Shown: positions 58,750 to 64,000 of the stretch, piece after piece
Numbering within the stretch: the stretch's first letter is position 1
How the letters are laid out: each line of letters starts with the position of its first letter
IMG/VR virus record: IMGVR_UViG_3300021399_000107
Span: 93,173 to 157,172 of that record
Direction: 5' to 3' (one strand)
Source of the DNA: a virus
Taxonomy: Duplodnaviria > Heunggongvirae > Uroviricota > Caudoviricetes
DNA length: 64,000 bases
The notes under the pieces: generated by a model
What the model was told of the DNA's origin: nothing
Databases searched by the model: none
The model's input: the letters and a program-made list of their open reading frames with translations, nothing else
Program-made: the position numbers and the translations under genes

Positions 58750-58825
58750 TTTATCATCTCCTTGTGCGCATATAGCGCTCTAACAGGTAAGTGGCTACCT
58801 TTCATTAAATTACTTATGCTTTTTG

Positions 58826-58858
58826 CATAAAAGAAAGGAACCTTATTCAGGTTCCTTC
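58826..58858 (-). terminator. rho-independent terminator
   Basis: Hairpin AAGGAACC-N7-GGTTCCTT followed by TCTTTTATG on the minus strand. Confidence 0.5.
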
Positions 58859-59361
58859 CCAATCTTATTTTCAATATTTCTTTGTAGCGACTCTTCTTCA
58901 TTGGCAATTCTATTACAGGCGCTGTCAGCAATATCAGCAACCTGATTCAGCCAATTAAATTCGCTTTCAAAAAACACATTAAGAGCGCGCACCCAAGCCT
59001 TGTCCATCTTGCGCTTCATGCGGGCAAATGCGATTTGCGCACCAATCTTTTCATCCCATTGGTCGTGAATAGAACATCTTGCAATACCCTTAAAATAATC
59101 AGGCATATAACATCCAGTAACGCCGCGATAGAGATCATAACGTCCAGATGTGTCATGCCTCTCATTATAATGATTAAGAAAATCTTGCGCCATATATTTC
59201 GTTCCTTCACAAATACACACTACCGTGCGCGTTTGCTCATTCACAAAAAAGTTACAATCATTCATCTTAATTTGCGTTGGCTTCATACAGCTTTTGTTCA
59301 TTCTTGCCGTTCTCCTTCCAAAAATTACGAATTTTATGTAAAAATAAACCACAAGGGTCAA
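58843..59361 (-). CDS. hypothetical protein
   Basis: 172-aa ORF. Confidence 0.4.
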   Translation of the reverse strand: MTLVVYFYIKFVIFGRRTARMNKSCMKPTQIKMNDCNFFVNEQTRTVVCICEGTKYMAQDFLNHYNERHDTSGRYDLYRGVTGCYMPDYFKGIARCSIHDQWDEKIGAQIAFARMKRKMDKAWVRALNVFFESEFNWLNQVADIADSACNRIANEEESLQRNIENKIGKEPE

Positions 59362-59650
59362 ACCTTAAACTATCATCATTTTCTGCCATTAGAGCGCTTC
59401 GCAATTCGGGATGCTGACGAAACTTTTCAAACATAATATCATAAAGTATGTCGTTTTTAATAGTATCCCAATCTGGTCTAACTCTTATTTGAGAACCTAA
59501 GATGCGCGCTTGGGCCGCAGTAAGGTCACAAAAAACATCTCGACATGAGGCATCGGCAATACGCATTGAAAAGTAGGCGCTAGTGACACAACTAAAAGTT
59601 AAACCTAAGTATTTAATTTCACAGGGGAAATCATTATCAAATATAGTCAT
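59267..59650 (-). CDS. possible NADAR-domain (YbiA-like ADP-ribose processing) protein
   Basis: 127 aa. FDNDFPCEIKYLGLTFSCVTSAYFSMRI loosely fits the NADAR N-terminal pattern (F..P..........F.S.E..F...KF). Weak call. Confidence 0.3.
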   Translation of the reverse strand: MTIFDNDFPCEIKYLGLTFSCVTSAYFSMRIADASCRDVFCDLTAAQARILGSQIRVRPDWDTIKNDILYDIMFEKFRQHPELRSALMAENDDSLRFDPCGLFLHKIRNFWKENGKNEQKLYEANAN

Positions 59651-60173
59651 AATGTTCCTCCCAACGAACTTGATTTGCTGTTAGAATAGCTCGAGCGGCC
59701 GCGTAGCTCTCAGGCTTAGAATCGGCTGTCGCGTCTCCAACTACCACGATGCGACTTTCAGGACAATAGGTTTTAAGAAGAAGCGCATTGGTGACGACGC
59801 AAATAGAAGTCACAAGACCACAAATGACAATTTCCTCATCACTAAGCAAGTCATAATGCCGTTCCCACTGATCGTAGCCAAAACCCCATTTTTCTACGAT
59901 GCGCACATTATCTCCTTGCGGCACAATTAGGTCAGGATGGAGATGCCATCCTGATGTCCCACGAAGTCCGTGTATAATAGGAAGACGCTTACCCTCTTGC
60001 GTGTCGTAGTACCACGGATAGTGGGTATCTTGTGTGAAGATAATGGCGTCATTATGCTCTACGGCACAATTAATTAGTCTGTTGCACTCCGGTATAATGG
60101 TTTTTGCAGAAGGAAAACCTAAAGCTCCCTCTATAAAGTCCTTCTGCATGTCGATAACTACTAATGTTTTCAT
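59637..60173 (-). CDS. isochorismatase-family hydrolase, nicotinamidase (PncA)-like
   Basis: VIDMQKDF N-terminus and the catalytic Cys context IVICGLVTSICV. Confidence 0.65.
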   Translation of the reverse strand: MKTLVVIDMQKDFIEGALGFPSAKTIIPECNRLINCAVEHNDAIIFTQDTHYPWYYDTQEGKRLPIIHGLRGTSGWHLHPDLIVPQGDNVRIVEKWGFGYDQWERHYDLLSDEEIVICGLVTSICVVTNALLLKTYCPESRIVVVGDATADSKPESYAAARAILTANQVRWEEHYDYI

Positions 60174-60191
60174 ATAGTCCTCCGATATGAA

Positions 60192-60440
60192 TTACCAAGA
60201 AATCCAATACCCGGTTTCGGTCTTGTCTATATCATATCCTAAAGAACGTAAGAAATCAAATACGGAGCTATCTACTATTGTTGCAACAAAAAACCATCGT
60301 GTTATACCTAGGGCGTTCAGATTTTGGCAAACATTAAGAATATAAAATAATTGAATGTCGGGCGGCGGATTTTGCATTACAGTTTTATCATGCAAATTAT
60401 CTGCCCGAAAGCATGGTGAGAAATAGTATTGTGGAAACAT
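60192..60440 (-). CDS. hypothetical protein
   Basis: 82-aa ORF. Confidence 0.3.
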   Translation of the reverse strand: MFPQYYFSPCFRADNLHDKTVMQNPPPDIQLFYILNVCQNLNALGITRWFFVATIVDSSVFDFLRSLGYDIDKTETGYWISW

Positions 60441-60462
60441 TGTTTTGTCCTTTCATAATTCT

Positions 60463-60491
60463 ATTATAGCAGAAAAGAGAGGAAAAGTCAA
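60463..60491 (-). promoter_or_regulatory. consensus promoter TTGACT-17-TATAAT
   Basis: ATTATA-N17-AGTCAA on the plus strand. Confidence 0.55.
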
Positions 60492-60709
60492 GAGTTGGGC
60501 GCAAACGGAAGTTCCATCCAAAAGCTAGGCGCTTCATCCATTCTACACTCATATCCCGCATCTGCCACCGCGCGCCATTCTTCGTGTTCTTGATATATGA
60601 CTCGATGCGCGACGAGCATATCCTCAGTAACAGGACAATAACATAGAACGTAGCGCTCCATTGGCGGCAACTGTTCAGTTACTTTCATCCAATCTCCCAT
60701 TACCACCAT
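60488..60709 (-). CDS. hypothetical protein
   Basis: 73-aa ORF. Confidence 0.3.
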   Translation of the reverse strand: MVVMGDWMKVTEQLPPMERYVLCYCPVTEDMLVAHRVIYQEHEEWRAVADAGYECRMDEAPSFWMELPFAPNS

Positions 60710-61068
60710 TCCTCCGTATCTTCCGTAACGAGACTTTCTGCTCCATCATATTCTTCAATGCGCCACTTTACATTAATTGGCACCCATTCAATATGACAGT
60801 CACCTAAGCCACCTGTATATATATTAGTGTATCCTAGCTGCGCAAGAAAAGCGATGGCAGCAGCCTGATCAGAATTGGCATGAAATGCGCTTACGTTGGC
60901 GCGCCAACCGGCATCTTGTTCATTGGAAAGAAACCATTCAATAATGCGCTTATCATAAGCAACTTCAGGAGAATACCACGTACTCCAGCCAGCGCCAAAA
61001 CCTGAAGAAACCAGAACAGCAAATTTGGTATTATCTTCGTTATAGTATAGCGGAATATTCTTATTCAT
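60700..61068 (-). CDS. hypothetical protein
   Basis: 122-aa ORF. Confidence 0.35.
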   Translation of the reverse strand: MNKNIPLYYNEDNTKFAVLVSSGFGAGWSTWYSPEVAYDKRIIEWFLSNEQDAGWRANVSAFHANSDQAAAIAFLAQLGYTNIYTGGLGDCHIEWVPINVKWRIEEYDGAESLVTEDTEEWW

Positions 61069-61073
61069 AAACT

Positions 61074-61325
61074 TTAACCCCTTTCATAAGTCTCTTCAAA
61101 TATGTCGCGACGACATGGATAGAACTCGCCACGCACTCCATGAATAATATAGTCACCGATATGCGCGGTCATGACGCCTTCAAGAGTAGGAACGAATACA
61201 ACGCATGGGTCGTCGTCATCGAAGGCAACAGTATCGTTAGTAAAAATTTTTAGTTCTGTTTGATTTATGCCTGTCCACTGTACGGCAGTAACGGCAACCG
61301 GCTTTTTAATATACTTGGCAATCAT
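61074..61325 (-). CDS. hypothetical protein
   Basis: 83-aa ORF. Confidence 0.3.
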   Translation of the reverse strand: MIAKYIKKPVAVTAVQWTGINQTELKIFTNDTVAFDDDDPCVVFVPTLEGVMTAHIGDYIIHGVRGEFYPCRRDIFEETYERG

Positions 61326-61966
61326 AGATTTTCCCTCACAATATCTTTCGTAATGCTAGAAAGAGACCAAAACAAACCGACGTCGGTCTGTTCCGGCATA
61401 GGAATAGTGTTAATTAAGTCAGCGTCAAAATCCATTCTTCCTTCTAGTCGCATCTTGCGCGGCTCGCCCCAAATGAAAGGTGAATGGAAGAGGTCGCGTG
61501 TAAGACAATAGTCGTTTTCTTGGATAGCGGCAGCGAAATTATAGAACCAATAGGCGCGAGCCGTACCTTTAGGATCATTTTTACGCAAGCAATCTTTGAT
61601 CATACCTTTAATTGCAGCAATAAAATCAGGCCACACTTGTTGTAGATGCCCTTGTGCGAGACTTGCTTCCGCAGCCATACAGAATTGCGTAAATTTTGTA
61701 TCACCGTAGGAGCCAGAATGAGTAGAATACAATAGCTCTACCGCATTTGGATTACCTCTTCTTAGTTGATACTCCCAATCACGAATATCCATAGTAACAT
61801 AATGTTCGCTTGCGGGAAAACCAGGCGCATGTTTCTTTCTAAGGTTTTCATTATAATAAAGTTCATCGAAAGAAGGTGTTACAATTACCTTATAATCATA
61901 GTCACTAGTAGGTAAATCAAGATGATAGTTTTGTGATCCATAAAGAAAATATCCAAGTACTTTCAT
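61322..61966 (-). CDS. Pol-beta-fold nucleotidyltransferase-like protein
   Basis: YGSQNYHLDLPTSDYDYKV matches the GS-x(9-13)-DxD nucleotidyltransferase signature. Confidence 0.45.
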   Translation of the reverse strand: MKVLGYFLYGSQNYHLDLPTSDYDYKVIVTPSFDELYYNENLRKKHAPGFPASEHYVTMDIRDWEYQLRRGNPNAVELLYSTHSGSYGDTKFTQFCMAAEASLAQGHLQQVWPDFIAAIKGMIKDCLRKNDPKGTARAYWFYNFAAAIQENDYCLTRDLFHSPFIWGEPRKMRLEGRMDFDADLINTIPMPEQTDVGLFWSLSSITKDIVRENL

Positions 61967-62029
61967 TTTATTAACTCCTTAATATCAATTTACTGATTTC
62001 TTCTATTACTTTTTCCTTTTTCTATATCT

Positions 62030-62058
62030 ATTATACTTCAAATTTAAAAAGAAGTCAA
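62030..62058 (-). promoter_or_regulatory. consensus promoter TTGACT-17-TATAAT
   Basis: ATTATA-N17-AGTCAA on the plus strand. It sits immediately after the upstream terminator. Confidence 0.55.
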
Positions 62059-62088
62059 GAAAAAAAGAAGTAGATTTTCATCTACTTC
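62058..62088 (-). terminator. rho-independent terminator
   Basis: Hairpin GAAGTAGA-N6-TCTACTTC followed by TTTTTTTCT on the minus strand. Confidence 0.5.
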
Positions 62089-63155
62089 AAAATCTCCATA
62101 TAATCCTTTTTAGTAGAAACATACATATTCGTTAAGAAGTGCGGCTTAACCACTTGGAGTCGTCCTTCGGTTGTTTCCAATTCACTATTAGTATAGTTGA
62201 AGTGTGTAAAAACCATATTAATGGTTTTGTCGCAATTATATTGCGCGGCATCGCCATTTACGCGTCTATACAGTTTCTCCATATCAATGCGGCCAAATCG
62301 TAGTGCGCCTTGCCAATCATTGGGCTGATTAGTTGTATCTGTAATAGAGAAGTTAATATCCGATTTGTCACATTCCGCATCCATTGGACCTTTTCCGTGT
62401 CGTGTAATATACGAGCGCGATACATAATAGAGGTCTGCGCGCACTTGAAGGCTCTCAATATCACTATGAATATTATATGCGCCAGTAGAAGAGGGTGTAA
62501 GATGCGGGAAATCGCCCTTATTGGCTTGGTCTAATAGTAGACCCTGACCACCCTCATAAATAATAGTATCATATTTATTTTCTCTAACTAATTCTTCAAA
62601 AGTTATAATACGACAATTCGCCCTTACCCATTTAAGAGCAATAAGAAAATTAGATAAATTGTGGATGGCATTAGGAATATATTTATAATAGCTATCGGCC
62701 TTTTGAAAAACAGGATAGAGCGTCTTATCAGGTAATTCAAAATCCGTAACCTGAACAAGATAATCTAATTCTTTACTGCGTTTAACGGCGGCAAAAAGAC
62801 CAAAACCGCAAGAGCCGTGCTGTAACTGCTTTTCGCGCGATTGCCCATAAAGAACATCACAAGGCATAATAACCCGGCATCGTGGATCAATAATTGGCGT
62901 TTCACCAGAAAGCCAAAGCATAATCGGGTCAACTACAAATTGCTGATGGTAGAAAGTGTCAGAACCATAAGGTGTGCCTGCACCAGTTAGACGACGAGCT
63001 ACACCCTCAAAAGTATGACTACGCTGACTTGTGCCGTTATAGAATACAGTTAATGTCCTATTGCCACGATTCGCGGCTTCTCGCGCAAGGCATCCAGACA
63101 CCAAACCCTTGCCTTCATCACCATAATTGGCACCGATTACAACTTTGACTTCCAT
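62082..63155 (-). CDS. adenylosuccinate synthetase homologue, short form (PurA/PurZ-like)
   Basis: N-terminus VVIGANYGDEGKG (PurA P-loop GDEGKGK), then FYNGTSQRSHT (compare QGGHNAGHT) and HGSCGFGLFAAV (compare GTTGRGIGPAY). At 357 aa it is shorter than bacterial PurA (about 430 aa). Confidence 0.55.
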   Translation of the reverse strand: MEVKVVIGANYGDEGKGLVSGCLAREAANRGNRTLTVFYNGTSQRSHTFEGVARRLTGAGTPYGSDTFYHQQFVVDPIMLWLSGETPIIDPRCRVIMPCDVLYGQSREKQLQHGSCGFGLFAAVKRSKELDYLVQVTDFELPDKTLYPVFQKADSYYKYIPNAIHNLSNFLIALKWVRANCRIITFEELVRENKYDTIIYEGGQGLLLDQANKGDFPHLTPSSTGAYNIHSDIESLQVRADLYYVSRSYITRHGKGPMDAECDKSDINFSITDTTNQPNDWQGALRFGRIDMEKLYRRVNGDAAQYNCDKTINMVFTHFNYTNSELETTEGRLQVVKPHFLTNMYVSTKKDYMEILK

Positions 63156-63170
63156 ATAAATCTCCTTTAT

Positions 63171-63983
63171 TTACCAAGAGATACCATCATTGCTTGTAGT
63201 TACAGAAGACTCAGCCATTGTCCTGTGACTACTATTTACAATTGCGGCAATAAGCTGTGGTAGATCGGTACTTTCCGCAATAATTAGATGGTCGCCAAGT
63301 AGAGGACGCCAAGTATCTTCAATAAGATTCTTATTCCATTTATAAGAACTCTGGTCTGTAATAGCGATATGATAAATGTCAAACTTTTCAGATGCGGCAG
63401 CATACAGCTGCTTCGTATCAATGTCTCCGTCTACTTGACCACCAATAACATCCTTAATTCGCTTACCGGGGAGCATTGGATTGAGAGCTTCATCACCAAT
63501 AGTAATTATAATGCCACGCTCACCGCGATCCCAGCAATCAAAGATGCAGTTATGGAGACCGAAATACCACGCAGCAGTATAGGATTCCCAATTATTGCCG
63601 CCACCGCCACCCTCAAAGTATAGTTTGAGTGTCTGTTCTAGAATACGAATGTCGGATTCAAACTGTGTAACTTGTAGAGGTGCGCTGTCGTAAATAAAGT
63701 CGCCAATGCCCATTACGCAAAACTCTACGTCGTGGTTGTTTTTGTAAAGTTCAGTCATTGTTTCATCAAGCTTCGCGGCACAGGTAGTTGCAGCGTGACC
63801 CATAGAGCCGGTAACATCCAGCCCTAGAATTACAGGCAGGCTATGTGGGTGGTCATCACTATCGCGACATTCCCGTACTACATTATAGGGATTAAGCATA
63901 GAACTAAGATGATGAGACCTATATACTGTTTGCGCACTAGCATTACTCATTGCGTCAGTAGAGGCAAAGCCGCGAGCGCTCAT
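63171..63983 (-). CDS. von Willebrand factor A (vWA) domain protein; N-terminal extent uncertain (frame open to window end)
   Basis: The MIDAS-like motif LGLDVTGSMG. The reading frame is still open upstream of the annotated Met. Confidence 0.45.
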   Translation of the reverse strand: MSARGFASTDAMSNASAQTVYRSHHLSSMLNPYNVVRECRDSDDHPHSLPVILGLDVTGSMGHAATTCAAKLDETMTELYKNNHDVEFCVMGIGDFIYDSAPLQVTQFESDIRILEQTLKLYFEGGGGGNNWESYTAAWYFGLHNCIFDCWDRGERGIIITIGDEALNPMLPGKRIKDVIGGQVDGDIDTKQLYAAASEKFDIYHIAITDQSSYKWNKNLIEDTWRPLLGDHLIIAESTDLPQLIAAIVNSSHRTMAESSVTTSNDGISW

Positions 63984-64000
63984 TACCGTCGTTGCCGCTC

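Overview
This window looks like part of a large virulent phage genome from a low-GC Gram-positive host. Evidence for that: GGAGG-type ribosome-binding sites, perfect sigma-A-type TTGACT-N17-TATAAT promoters, and roughly 90 genes, every one of them on the minus strand.

The first half (1-25 kb) is an early/middle DNA-metabolism module:
- a split type II topoisomerase (GyrA-like subunit missed by the ORF track because it runs off the window edge, plus a GyrB-like subunit);
- two metallophosphoesterases;
- a Dam methyltransferase and a short methyltransferase-like gene;
- an iteron-type origin next to a replisome-organizer-like gene;
- PhoH, ClpP, an ATP-dependent ligase, a P-loop dNMP-kinase-like gene and RNase H;
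- an NCS2 nucleobase permease flanked by two nucleoside 2-deoxyribosyltransferase (NDT/DNPH1)-family genes.

The middle (25-35 kb) holds ORF-free RNA islands with tRNA genes, several small Zn-ribbon proteins, a secreted L,D-transpeptidase and an SPFH protein. The tRNAs are Leu-UAA, Gly-UCC, a UAU-anticodon tRNA and a Pro-like tRNA with a 75-nt insertion in the anticodon loop.

The second half (35-59 kb) is a tail-fibre/baseplate module with three fibres sharing an N-terminal anchor domain. One of them is a 1278-aa fibre with dozens of HxEG repeats; an NlpC/P60 lysin lies among the fibre genes.

This region is interrupted by:
- two free-standing Zn-finger/Vsr-like endonuclease genes;
- a likely group I intron carrying a GIY-YIG homing endonuclease (canonical R and S core elements are visible).

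The last 5 kb encode a NADAR-like protein, a PncA-like nicotinamidase, a Pol-beta nucleotidyltransferase, a short PurA/PurZ-like adenylosuccinate-synthetase homologue and a vWA protein.

The most unusual items are the phage-encoded base transporter with its NDT enzymes (a candidate nucleotide-salvage or DNA-modification module), the PurZ-like gene, the intron and the interrupted tRNA. All functional calls rest on motifs read by eye from the translations; no database search was possible.
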